64,000 bases of DNA from Chiloscyllium plagiosum (taxonomy: Eukaryota). The stretch's first letter is position 1, and every line of letters begins with the position of its first letter. Shown here one piece after another: positions 1 through 53,575 of this stretch. The stretch spans positions 99,059,780 to 99,123,779 of the forward strand of contig NC_057718.1 of assembly GCF_004010195.1 (NCBI RefSeq), written 5' to 3'. The position numbers and the translations under genes were made by a program. Under the pieces are notes generated by a model. The model saw nothing but the letters and a program-made list of their open reading frames with translations. It searched no databases and had not been told where the DNA came from.

Positions 1-1088
1 GAGATATGGCATTGGGGGTGAGTTGGAGGTTTGGATTAGGAGTTGGTTGGCTGGAAGAAGACAGAGGGTAGTAGTTGATGGCAAAGTTTCTTCATGGAGT
101 GCCGTCACTAGCGGTGTTCCGCAAGGATCTGTTTTGGGACCATTGCTGTTTGTCATTTTTATAAATGACCTGGAAGAGGGGTTAGAAGGTTGGGTGAGCA
201 AGTTTGCGGATGATACGAAAGTCGGAGGGGTTGTTGACAGTGAGGAAGGATGTGTCAGGTTACAGCGGGATATAGATAAGCTGCAGAGGTGGGCAGAAAG
301 GTGGCAAATGGAGTTCAATGTAGCTAAGTGTGAGGTGATTCACTTTGGGAAGAATAACAAAAAGATGGGGTACTGGGCTAATGGTCGGATACTTGGTAGT
401 GTGGATGAGCAGAGGGATCTTGGTGTCCATGTACACAGATCTCTGAAAGTTGCCACCCAGGTAAATAGTGCGGTGAGGAAGGCATATGGCGTACTGGCTT
501 TTATTGGTAGGGGAATTGAGTTCCGGAGTCCTGAGGTCATGTTGCAGTTGTATAGGACTCTGGTGCGGCCGCATCTGGAATATTGTGTGCAGTTTTGTCG
601 CCATACTATAGGAAGGATGTGGGGGCACTGGAACGGGTGCAGAGGAGGTTTATCAGGATGTTGCCTGGTATGGTAGGAAGATCGTATGAGGAAAGGCTGA
701 GGCACTTGGGGCTGTTTTCGTTGGAGAAAAGAAGGTTTAGGGGTGATTTGATAGAGGTATACAAGATGATTAGTGGTTTAGATAGGGTTGACCATGAGAA
801 CCTTTTTCCACGTATAGAGTCAGCTGTTACGAGGGGGCATAGCTTTACATTAAGGGGTGGTAGGTATAGGACAGATGTTAGGGGTAGATTCTTTACTCAG
901 CGAGTCGTGAGTTCATGGAATGCCCTGCCAGTAGCAGTGGTGGGCTTTCCCTCTTTATGGGCATTTAAACGGGCGTTGGATAGGTATATGGAGGATAGTG
1001 GGCTAGTGTAGGTTAGGTGGGCTTGGATCGGCGCAACATCGAGGGCCAAAGGGCCTGTACTGCGCTGTATTTTTTTCTATGTTTCTAT
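1..1088 (+). mobile_element. CR1-clade LINE, 3' part (RT C-terminal region + 3'UTR), young copy with one frameshift
   Basis: [10 protein letters not shown] and FADD motifs; ORFs 23-676 and 583-1011 join across a 1-bp deletion near 598; ends in a ttctat-type tail. Confidence 0.95.
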
Positions 1089-1695
1089 CCCAGGGAAAAG
1101 ACAGGAAGGAGACAAAAATTGCACGTAATATTCCAACAATGGCCTAATCAATGTCCTGTACAGCCGCAACATGACCTCCCAACTCCGATACGCAATACTC
1201 TGACCAATAAAGGAAAGCATACCAAACGCCTTCTTCACTATCCTATCTACCTGCGACTCCACTTTCAAGGAGCTATGAACCTGCACTCCAAGGTCTCTTA
1301 GTTCAGCAACACTCCCTAGAACCTTACCATTAAGTGTATAATTGCACTGATGTGCTTTTCCAAAATGCAGCACCTCACATTTATCTAACTAAACTCCATC
1401 TGCCACTTCTCAGCCCATTGGCTCATCTGATCAAGATCCTGTTGTAATCTGAGGTAACCTTTGCTGTCTACTACATCTCCAATTTTGGTGTCATCTGCAA
1501 ACTTACTAACTATACCTCTTTTGCTCACATCCAAGTCATTTATCTAAATGATGAAAAGTAGTGGACCCAGCACTGATCCTTGTGGCACTCCACTGGTCAC
1601 AGGCCTCCAGTCTGAAAAACAACCCTCCTCCACCGCCCTCTGTCTTCTACCTTTGAGCCAGTTCTGTATCCCTATGACTAGTTCTCCCTGTATAC
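1089..1695 (-). mobile_element. CR1/HER1-like LINE RT fragment, degenerate
   Basis: ORF 1077-1373 (RDLGVQVHSSLKV...IRPLLEY); reverse complement includes the VPQGSVLGP and FADD region. Confidence 0.92.
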
Positions 1696-2204
1696 TTGAC
1701 CCAGTTTATGACATCCAACTTGAGGTGAGCCCAAGAATGCTTAATGCTGTGTGGCACATATGGCAAGAAATAACATAAGCCGCAATTCCACACATCCTCA
1801 CCCAGCTGCTCGGACTTGCAGCTGGTTTCACGCATTGCCCTTTTAAATTGAGTTGCGTCACTCCGTTTGAAGAAAAATAGCCTGACTGAAGTTACAAAGA
1901 TCCTCCTTCAGCACATTGCACCACTCCACCTGTCACATCAACAACCTCCACAAAACAACCTTCAATCTTGTGAAGATCACCTTGGTCAAACAAAACTCAG
2001 TGGGAGGCCAGGAAATTGATAATAAAATCCCAAGTGCGAGCACAGGATATTTCTGAATTATTTTGAACGTTCCATCTTGTATCTTTTTTTTAATAATACT
2101 GATTAGATTTGGTTGCTGATTCTCTCATGCTGTGATTTATTTATTGGTGTTGTTTGGAAGCAATCTTTAAGCAGATGGGTAAGTGATTTTAAGATACATG
2201 AGAG

Positions 2205-2415
2205 CTAGACAGTGCTGGAAATGCTCAGGAGGACTGGTAGCATCTCTGGAGAGAAAAATAGAGTTAACACACAGTGGCTAGTATGACTTCTCCACAATTA
2301 CAAATTTGGCTTTTAAATATTAACTCTCTTTCTCTGTCCACAGATGCTGCCAGACCTACTGAGTTTCTTCACCATTCTCTTTATTTTAGATCTCCACTAT
2401 CCGCAGTATTTTCCT
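2205..2415. mobile_element. Diverged fold-back Penelope-derived element
   Basis: gctggaaatgctcag...gcatctctggagagaaa...gttaac mirrored by ttaactc...ccacagatgctgccagacct. Confidence 0.6.
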
Positions 2416-2583
2416 ATTGGATCTGTTTGTATCCAATGAAATACAAATAAACTTTGGAGGGATGATTAGGATAAAATGTAATATAAATGGCTACCGAATT
2501 ATTTTGTGTCAAAGATCTTCCTTTGTGCTTACTACCCGACTGTGCTGAACATTGTTAAAAAAACTAAGATGATTCCTCAATTG

Positions 2584-2925
2584 GGGTGGCACGGTGACTC
2601 AGCGGTTAGCACTGCTGCCTTGCAGTGCCAGGGTCCAGGGTTCGATTCCCGCCTCAGGCAACTGTCTCTGTGGAGTTTGCACATTCTCCCTGTGTCTGCG
2701 TGGGTTTCCTCCAGGCGTTCCGGTTTTGTCCCACAGTGCAAAGATGTGCAGGTTAGGGTGGATTAGTCATGCTAAATTGCTCATAGTGTTCAGGTACATG
2801 TAGGTTAGGTGCATTAATTGGGGTAAAATGTAGAGTCGTAGGGGAATGGGTCTGGGTGGGTTACTCTTTGACACGTCGGTGTGGACTTGCTGAGCTGAAG
2901 CTATTTCCACATTGTAGGGATTCTG
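2584..2925 (+). mobile_element. HE1-like tRNA-derived V-SINE
   Basis: A-box/B-box head (GGTTCGATTCC), V-domain tgtggagtttgcacattctccc, LINE-like tail. Confidence 0.9.
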
Positions 2926-3839
2926 TGAATTCCTAAATAGGAATAAAGTATTTGTTTTCAATAAACAAGCTAATTTAGTTGAAGTGAATAGAAAAAAAAT
3001 TGCATATTTGATTTGACTGAAGCTGCAATTGCTGCAATGCCAACTTTACATGAGGAATATTTTACTTGAAGGGACTTTGGATAGTTCCACTTGGCATTCA
3101 GATGTCATTGGTGTGACTGTACATGTGCAGATGGATCATGGAAGCCATATTTCATGGTGTCACCTATTTCCTGCATTAAGAACGAACACTGTTTCCTTAT
3201 AAATAAGAGAACTGGATTTAGAAATGGTGAGTAGTTTATGTCTTCAAATACAAGAACTTCTTAAGTGAGTAGAAATTTAAGTAATTTGTAGGACTTTTAT
3301 TTTAAGAAGGTGTCTTAATGTTGTGTGATAATGTTATTTTGGGAGCCTTTCTGAAGGGAAGAGGAATAGATAGAAGTGACAGTACAAGAGGTAAGAGGCT
3401 TATTTAGTTTATGGGGAAGAGAAAGTTAGAATTTGTTTAGTAAATATAAAATTAAAATGATATGCACTGAAGTGAACAGGATGAAAAACAAATGCAAAGA
3501 TTATGTTAAAAACCTTCAAAGAATTCAAAGTATCCATTTTTGTTGTGTCAGCTCAAGTATATACAGAACTCAAACTGCTCCTGATAACTGGTACCTTAAT
3601 ACAGTCACTGAGTTCAAGCAGCTTGAAAAGCTAAGACCCATTACTGTTCCTGTCTTTCAGCATTCAGAGGTAGTGTCAGTCACTGAAGTGTGGAACTGCC
3701 CAATGCTGCTGGCAATCTCATGCTAATATTTGTATCTTGCAGCTTTTAGAATTTTGTATCAAGTTTGCATATCATAAAATTCTTCACCTGTGATCTCTCA
3801 GTTTTGTTTTTCTTTCATGGAATTTAGGAAATGCCAGCA

Positions 3840-4060
3840 GGACTTACCCCAAGTGCCCTTGAATGGAATATGTCACAATTCTAGTTAAGAATGAACCACA
3901 TTACTGTGGGTTTCAAGTCACATGTAAGCCAGATCTGGTATGGGTAGCAGGCTTCCTTCTCTAAAGGACATTAGTGAGTGGACAGATCTTTGCAATCATG
4001 GTCTCCATTTCTGAAACTAGCTTTACACTCCACGTTTATTAATTGAGTTTTAAGTTGCTG
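3840..4060 (-). mobile_element. SINE family 2 fragment (same family as 32435-32760)
   Basis: Reverse complement of the gggaagg...ccttacc...tggcctacatgtgactccagacccacagcaatgtgg core. Confidence 0.6.
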
Positions 4061-4749
4061 AGCTACATCGGGATTTTATGTCCTGTGTGAAAGGATCCAC
4101 CTCGATTGATCAAATAGCCTTTCCAATTCTGAGCTTCCTGACCTTTGTACCAAAGGGACAAAACTGTGAACCACTGTTATGACTGGGCGCCTCTTCAGAG
4201 AAATACAAACTATAGCTATGACACCATACACCCAATTCTGTAATCTCATCTGCAAAGGCCTACAACGGGTGTTTGCAGTTTCTATTGCTGAACTCTAGAT
4301 GGTAGAATGGCCTGTTTACCCAACAGTCAGCACATTAACTTAGCACAATTCATCCAACTCTTCGGCTTTTATTGGATGGGATTGACCTGTTTGCATCCAT
4401 TTGATTCTGAACATTGTTTCCGGTAATGCATAATTTTTCACTCTTGATTTGCCCAAGCAGGGGTAAATTTTATCTCTGATTCAGATAATATTCAGCTTAA
4501 GCCACCAATGCTACACCAGGAAGAACTGCAACACTCTCTTTGGTACGGTCAGATCCTGGCTCCTATGCCAACATTAGCAGCAAAACTGCTATTTATGAAC
4601 CCAACCCATTCGGAAACCTGTGCGACTATACCAAGTAGACACTTATGGTCTGCTACAAAAATGAGGCAGAATATAAATGCTTCAAAGAGAAGGCATGCTG
4701 AAACCAGCCAAATTATCTCTAAAGTATGGCACAAAGGGAAATGGCATAT

Positions 4750-4986
4750 CAAAGACAAGGGCAAAGACTTCTTCAAGCACTGGTTGTGCATGTATGGAAT
4801 GAGCTGCCAGAGGAAGTGGTGGAGGCTGGTACAGTTACAACATTTAAAAGGCATCTAGATGAGTATATGAATAGGAAGGGTTTAGAAGCTTGTGGGCCAA
4901 GTGCTGATAAATGGGACTAGATTAATTTAGAGTTGAACTGAAGGGTCTGTTTCTGTGCTATACATCTCTATGACTCTATGATTCTA
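4750..4986 (+). mobile_element. CR1/HER1 LINE 3' end
   Basis: WNELPEEVVEAGT... followed by tail ctatgactctatg. Confidence 0.88.
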
Positions 4987-5125
4987 GACCTATAAACATC
5001 ACCCATAAGTCTCTCTGTCAGTTGTTATTAAAATGGTGCAAGTGACAAAAACCCATTTTGGAGCACATGAAGTAGTTACACCCCAGCCCATCTTCTGGAT
5101 GCTGGTTATCTCGGAGGTCAGCCCC

Positions 5126-5300
5126 ATAAGACCATAAGGAATAGGAACAGGAGTAGATCATTTGGCCCCTCAAGCCTGCTTCATTGTTCAATAGGATCAC
5201 GGCTGATCTGACATTCCTCACATCCATTTTCCTTCCCTTTCTCCATAACCCTCGATTCCTTGACTGATCAACAATCTCTTTATCTCAGCTTAAATAAACA
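5126..5300 (-). mobile_element. CR1 LINE 3' tail (second subfamily)
   Basis: cataag...ggagtag...cccctcaagcctgct...cattgttcaataggatcacggctgatct pattern shared with other copies in the window. Confidence 0.7.
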
Positions 5301-8300
5301 TGAACTATTTCATCTATTTCTATGCCGTCTGCAAATTTGGCTCCAGTACATGCTGCCATTTCTTTTTCCCTGCGATCCTGCATACCTTTTTCCTCTTTCA
5401 CATCCTTCATATTTTAAAAGCCATGATTGCCTGACAACAGAGGTTGACTTGACACTTAAAAGGTCTTGGATACAGAGTTCAACAGTTAAAGTCTTGTGTG
5501 GGGAAAACAGCTTATGAATCGCCCAGTCAGCTGTTCACAAATTATCCCTAAATGATTCAGCCACATCCCGAACCATGCTTAAAGAAAGCATGTTCAGACA
5601 ACAGGAGGAGAACAAAGAGGGCGGTGCTGTAGAATCCCATTAACGCACAAGGAATGCAGACAAACCAACTTAAAAGCGAATCCTTGTTTTGCAAAGTCTA
5701 TCATGGAGCTACTTAATAAAATTGATTAAAACTTCCACGGGTGCGTGTTCAAAACAAAATGATACATTATCCATCGGAATCAAAAGTTACTTCCCACAGC
5801 AGAAACCAAAACCCTAGAATATCACTCTCCAATGATACTGTAAGTGTACTAACATTCCACGGATCAAGGATGCAGGTCACCACCAACTTCGAGAGTAATT
5901 AGGGATGGGCCATAAGTGCTGGCTGAGCCAGCAACGCCCTCATCCCTTTTATTGAATAAACCTTCAGAGAAAAAAAGTCAGTCAGGAATTTGCTGCAGGT
6001 TGAATTTTATGGATTCAAAGCTGCATACACTCAATAAATGTACCACGCAGATGCATAGATGGAGATGGGGTAAAAGAAGCAAGGATTCAAGTGAGTATTT
6101 TGCAATTAAGCCACTGACCTAAATTGGCTTGTGATTAAGTAATGAGCATGGGTGATGAGTGCACAGGATTGGGTGTAAATTAGGGAGCTCGGGCAGCAGA
6201 GTTTCTGGATAACTTGATGTTAGCAGAGTCTGGCTAATTATGTCTTGATTATATACCCAAGTTGAGGCAATGATGTATCTAAGTTCCAGCAGACAAACTA
6301 AGGTGCAAAGTGAAGCAATGGAAGCAGGCAATCTAAGTTTTTACTGAAATGCAATTAGAAGCTCAATTCTGCATGAAATGAAAATCACTTCCTATTCCTC
6401 AATGGAACTATTCACCATTATCTCCCTTTTACAGTTTACAGGCCTTTACATATGTCGCATTAAAAACAGGCTTGGCACCACTTAAGTGTACCTTGTCTTC
6501 CCACGTGTTAGCAGGCACTAGCATTTCAACTGTTCTGCAGTTTGGGCCCCATGCTTAGGCATCATGAATAACTAACCTTTTCTCACTACTAAACTATAAG
6601 CAGGGGAGGAAAATTAGCTCATCTAATTCCCTCTCAATACCGTGGGCTCATCTAATACCCTCTCAACATAGCGCTGCGTTTGAATCCACCCGCCAGCACC
6701 ACTAATCCAGAATCTGGTTTCCAGCATCTGCAGTCATTTTTTTTTTTACCTTGGAAAGATTGAATTCACATCACCTCTTTTTCATAGTCATAAAATGGTA
6801 CTGTGTGAAAACTGGTGCTCAAGGATAAAACTGCCAATCCATTTGCTATCACGTTATGCAGCATCATCCACCGAAGCTATAGAAACTAGTTTTAGAAAAT
6901 GAGAGGGGGGAACGAATTACTAGTGCAATCAGAATATTTGTTACAGGATGTAATTAAGCTGTCAGGTGAGGAGACAATATTTGATCTTACTGCTGAAAAA
7001 GTGAAATATTTACTCAACTGCACTTTTGTTTTCACTTTACTAAGCACATCATAAATTTATTTTGAAAGCTTGCAGAAGTACTGCTGAGTTACAACTTTGA
7101 GGTCAAAGTGAGAACAAAAAGGCCTTCCTCTGCCAATCGACTCAAATCACTACAAATTAAACAGACAAACATATAACAATTGCTACAGTAACACTTAGTA
7201 ACAATTAGTCTTCATAGACCAGTGAGATTATCCGGTGATAAGGTTGAAATTGTTCAGCCTTTTAGATCAACATTCAGATTTTGAGTATAGGAAATATAAA
7301 GCACTTCCAACTTTAAATCTTCAAAGACATGACGGACTCTCAATGTCTGTAGGAGATTAAATATAAATATCTACAGCTGCACTGTAGTTTAATTAAGAAA
7401 ACCTAATGCTAGTTTGCCCAACAGCACTTCACTAATGTGAATGTAGCTCAGGAGGCGCACTAGCTTTGGTCACTAATTTAGTGTAATGGGAAAGGTTTCC
7501 AATAAAATATTCAGCCTGGCTATACAGTCTAATGTCAAACTTTCACGGCCTGAGACCCTCCCACAATCACACTTTCACTCAGCCCTCATCTTATAGTTAC
7601 AAGTTCAATGAAGCACAATCCAATGTTTGAAGGAAATTCAACGTCAGGGACCTCTGCTATTGTGCAAGTGATTAACTGCATCTGTCCTAACATTCCCTCT
7701 GCTTGGATAGTGGGTGGGTATCCACTGTATGAACATTTACTGCTGTGCTGTTCCCCCAGACAGGTGAGATTTTGGACACTTTCTTGGAGAGCTCCCAACC
7801 CAGAGTCTTTGTGAACAGGAATGTTGGTGTTGAGCACAAAAACTGCATAGGGAATGAACAATATGGGAAAGGACTGGAAGGATGTGGCCCAGGCATGATT
7901 ATCTCCAACTTATGTGTGAGTTACAAGATGGAGCTGTATTCTAGAGCTAACCAGAACCATTATAGTAATGGATGGTATCCCACACTCCATGGAATACTCT
8001 AAGTTTCAGGACCAGATTCACTTCGTTTATTTTTAGGTCATTTATGGCACAAGGCCAACATGAGACCCCTGTCTAAAAGGTGACATCTCATATTTTAGAT
8101 AAGAATTATAAAACAACAGATTCTTTCTAGGCAGTTTGAGTTTGGATGGAGTGTGGCTGTGGTCTTCTCTGGATTAAGAATAAGACACCAAGTTTGTGAA
8201 CCATATCCCAAAACCACAGTTCCACAGATGGTTGTCAAATTATCTTGTTTTCTCTCTCACCTACAGTCCTGTGGTCACCAACGTAAACGGATTGCCTAGA

Positions 8301-8774
8301 TTTGTTCCAAGGCTTGTCCACTGTACCCGCGAATATGTAAGACCAGTGCATTCATTGCTCTCTGTAGTAAAGCATTATTGAACATCCATATCCTGATCTT
8401 AAGGTTGACAGGGAAGGTCCAGTTGCACCTTCGATGCTGCAAAACTTGTCAGTTTACTTGTTGAAAGCTTCTGTAGCAGGTGACATCAATTTATTGACAA
8501 CTGTGCTCACTTGCTCAGAGAACCTGCCAACTCATATCAAAACGACAAGCCAACAGATGGAAGCAGTCTGAAAGCACAAAAGTATTTGAAATTATTGATT
8601 CAATGGTTTCAAATAATCACTGTAAAAAGGTGGTGAGAGAGAATATCCAAAAACTTATAAACTGCACAACCACATCCATAAGCTTGGTTTTGATAAAACA
8701 TTGGATGTGAGGAAAGATCAGGAGGGCTAGAGGGAAGGTAATTTTAGAAGATGATAAAATATTGAATGTGGTTC

Positions 8775-9030
8775 AGCCAGCATTAATTGCTCATCAGGCA
8801 ATTGAGTCAACCACATTGCTGTAGGTCTGAAATCTCACGCAAGTCAGACCAGACAAATTTTCTTCCCTAAAGACACAAGTCAAGCAGATAGGTTTCTGAC
8901 AATTGGCAATGGTTTCGTGGTCATTAGACTCAATTGAAAAAGCAAAAGGGAATTAAAAATCTACCAACTGCTGTAGCAGGCTTCAAACCTGGATATCTAG
9001 TTTTATAAGCAGATGAAATATCACTCGGCC
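8775..9030 (-). mobile_element. SINE family 2 fragment
   Basis: gagtcaaccacattgctgtaggtctg...cttccctaaag matches 25930-26020 and the reverse of 32600-32700. Confidence 0.65.
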
Positions 9031-10714
9031 ATCACCTAGTAGGAATAAGCATGTTTTCATATTAAACTACAGAACACGCCCACTGAGTCAGGAAATTTGT
9101 AGAGAGAGCCATAACCTAACTGTATTCCAAAACAAAAAGGAACATTCCAAATAGGGAACAGTGTCAAAGTAATGCACTATTACTTTGGTATTTTAAAAAA
9201 TCCTAAACTGAATTATTCTATTCACCAGGCTCAAAATTAGGATTTTAACTTGAAGATCCCAAATTTATGGGTTGGTGAGGAACCCAAATGTGGCACACAG
9301 TCTAAATTCTACCAGCATCAAGCCAGAATAGAAATGCTTTTTACAGTACCACCTAGATTCTACAGGAATTGACAACTGTATTAACTGAGTGCACAAACAT
9401 GAAATTAATGGCTTAAAAGAGCAAAAACTACAGACCAACCATTTGACAAAATGCCAGAGAGTCCTCCTTGTCACCGAGTGTGTGGAGATGGCACTCAGAA
9501 CATAATTCCTAAGAATGAGAAGTTTCTCAAGTAAAGCAGTTCCAGTGAATTACGAAGCGCAGACTAATGGCTTAGCTCCACTCAAACTGCAGTGCTGACT
9601 ATCCAACAGCACTTTGGTACAGCAGACAAGTGACTGCAGTTGCACGTAAAGGGTATGCAGCCACTTGCAGTGCCCTGCATCATTTTAAAAACGTCAGGCT
9701 TCATAGGTTTCTGACAACTGGTTGGTTATTAGGAACTCTAATTGAGGGTCTGTTCAACAGTAATGCTAATTCCAAATGTTAATCATGCCCCATTCACTAT
9801 TGTTTAACATATGTCGGCATGGTTGGCCATCCAGACTTGGAGAGCATTTGTCATTACCTCAATATTTGAATCAGTGGAATGCACTTCAACTTTAGTCCAC
9901 AGGCCCCTTGGATTCCCTATTCCCACCTCCTCCATACCCACCCAATTCCAAATAGATTTGGCAAAAACCAAAGAGTGATAAGCAAAGAGTGTGACAGCTT
10001 GAGTAAAATCTTCTATAAAATTGGAACATTTCTGTTCAAAACTTTTTATTGGGATTTTCCAGAAAACGGGCACAAGTCACAACATACAGACAAGTTACAG
10101 AGAATTTAAACAGTTGGCAGGTAGTGATGATTATTACATAAATTGGGAGAAGCTGGACAGTATAAACTTCTAAGTAACATACAAGTTGCTTGATAAAACA
10201 TTTAATGCAACTATGAACCAAATTAATGGAAGTCATCTCATGAACCAGCTATACACTCGACAGCAAAGACTCTTGCAGGCAGCTTAAGGAAACAAGAAAT
10301 AAGTAGCCTGAGGAATGCAGCAACTTGCCCACTTTGAAATGATGATACGTCCATTCAATTGGTCAGAAAATAGGAACCAGCCATCTACATCCAATGCAAG
10401 AATGCGCAAGAGAAGACTTCCAGAAAAATTTAAAGTAACTCACTCATGAAATTGGCCAATCTACACAACAAAAAGCTGGTCGCTAATATTGCAGCACTTT
10501 TCTAACCAAATGATACATTACAATTCTAAAACATTTGAGTTAGTTGCAGCACACTGTACAGGTCAGCATTTGATTTCTTAAAGTACAGAAGTACCCGCAT
10601 TATCAATGACATTTTTGTAATCTAGTCTGAAGAAAATTTCAGAACCGGACAAATGCAAGGGACACATGCTAGAACTGATGCACATCTGGAAAATAAAGCA
10701 CACAGGAGTAGTTG

Positions 10715-12274
10715 CTTGTGTATCAAAATATTTAATAAATATTAATTTCCAAAATTTATTGCCAGGAGCAACAGAGATGCATCCTCATGTTCACATAACA
10801 CTAATGTCACAATACACAAGAAAACATCAAGATAAGGTTTTACCAATGAGATTACCATGTTTAAGAGCCTTTTCAGTTCAGAATAGATATAAACACTTGG
10901 ATTCCCTCAGCTAAGACAGGCAGTGAGACTGGGCATTTCAACATAGTGATCTCATTGGAATACTCTACCATTCAAGTATTCAACAGCTAGCTTATTATTA
11001 GAATACTTCCTAATTGCAGGTATGTTATTACAAAAATCAGTCTCCAAGTGGTTCAACATTATATCCAGGGTGAAAGATCAGGATTTACAAAACAATGTTG
11101 GTGCTGTGCTTTTTAATTCAAATGCACTACCTAGAAATATTCCACGTAGTTTTTAATTTTTTTGTACATGCAACCACTCATTTCAGTTACACAAAGGTAA
11201 ATAGGTTAATTTGTTCCCTTACATGTGTATTTTGTCACAGTCTGCTTGCCTGTCACTCAAAATGTTTTAAATTCTAAAGCAGCAAGTATCAAAGCATTCT
11301 AGTCTAATGCTCTCCGCTTGTCTCAAATTGATGTATATAAAAAATATTCTGGCCAAAAAAAAAAAAGCTTGGAGTGATATAGAAATTGACCCAAAACGTC
11401 CGACATTGTACAACAGTTCAGAGGCACATGGCCATTGCTCGTGCGAAATAATCTAGACTGTAGCTACAGCACACCTCAAATTTGGCATGAAGGCAACATT
11501 ACTGAAACACAAACAATTCATCAAAAATAAAGAAGCCATAAGCTTACAAAGCTATCAAAAACCTTCAAATCTAAACATACATATAAATAAAAGGAATGGT
11601 ATTTAAGGCTCTTGATTATTTAAGTTATTAAATCAAATATACACAGTGATTAATTAAAAAAAGTATTTACATTTATACAAAATCAAACACTTGGCCTCTT
11701 ATTAAATTCTTCATCTGAACAGCAACTGCTGACATTGTGCCCCCCAACAAAAGAAAAATCATCCTGGATGTTGATGATTGCTGTGGTTTTCCAGCTGCAT
11801 AGGCACTTTCAAAACCAGACTAACAAAGTCAAACCTATTATACATAACTTAACAATACTGAGATCAGAGCCAGTAAAAAATAAATAACAATTCACCATCT
11901 TAAATTAAACTGGAGCAGGCAAACACCTACAACTGGGTTTCGGTTTGCAAAGGGCGAGGAATCCTAATCAGACTGCGATTTCATTACAGAATGGTCCAGC
12001 AATGCATTAACAGCAACTGAATTTACATTTGGGCACTTTGACTAGTTTTTGCAGAGAGGCGAGAAGCAGCTTTGTGTACTCTCAGCCAACCACAGCAACT
12101 ATCAATGCCTGTGTAAGTCAGTTTGTCTCAACTTGAAAATATATAGGGATTCTTTGTTGATAATACCCTTTACACTCATATTACAGAACAACTCAAGGAC
12201 TATGACTTTCAGCCTTCACTGACAGCAAAAGGCTGCGCATCATTTTAATATTAATTAGCCAGCACCGCTGACTA
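10715..12274 (-). other. JAG1: JAG1 3'UTR (approximate end)
   Basis: No recognisable repeats; AU-rich region after the stop with miRNA seed sites and terminal AATAAA/ATTAAA. Confidence 0.75.
10731..10760 (-). terminator. Polyadenylation signals AATAAA (10755-10760) and ATTAAA (10731-10736)
   Basis: Minus-strand hexamers ~1.5 kb after the stop, followed by GU/U-rich sequence. Confidence 0.7.

Positions 12275-53575
<41,301 letters not shown>

Noticed and set aside
23..1011. Host or domesticated reverse transcriptase gene, or prokaryotic retron
   Set aside because: Typical CR1 LINE ORF2 end with 3' tail and many degenerate paralogs in the window.
3000..10600. Possible SLX4IP terminal exons (the convergent neighbour of JAG1 in mammals)
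   Set aside because: No ORF resembles SLX4IP as I recall it; the short ORFs at 7586-8381 lack recognisable homology.
11800..11806. miR-124 site in the 3'UTR
   Set aside because: Reads GTGCCTA, not the GTGCCTT seed match.
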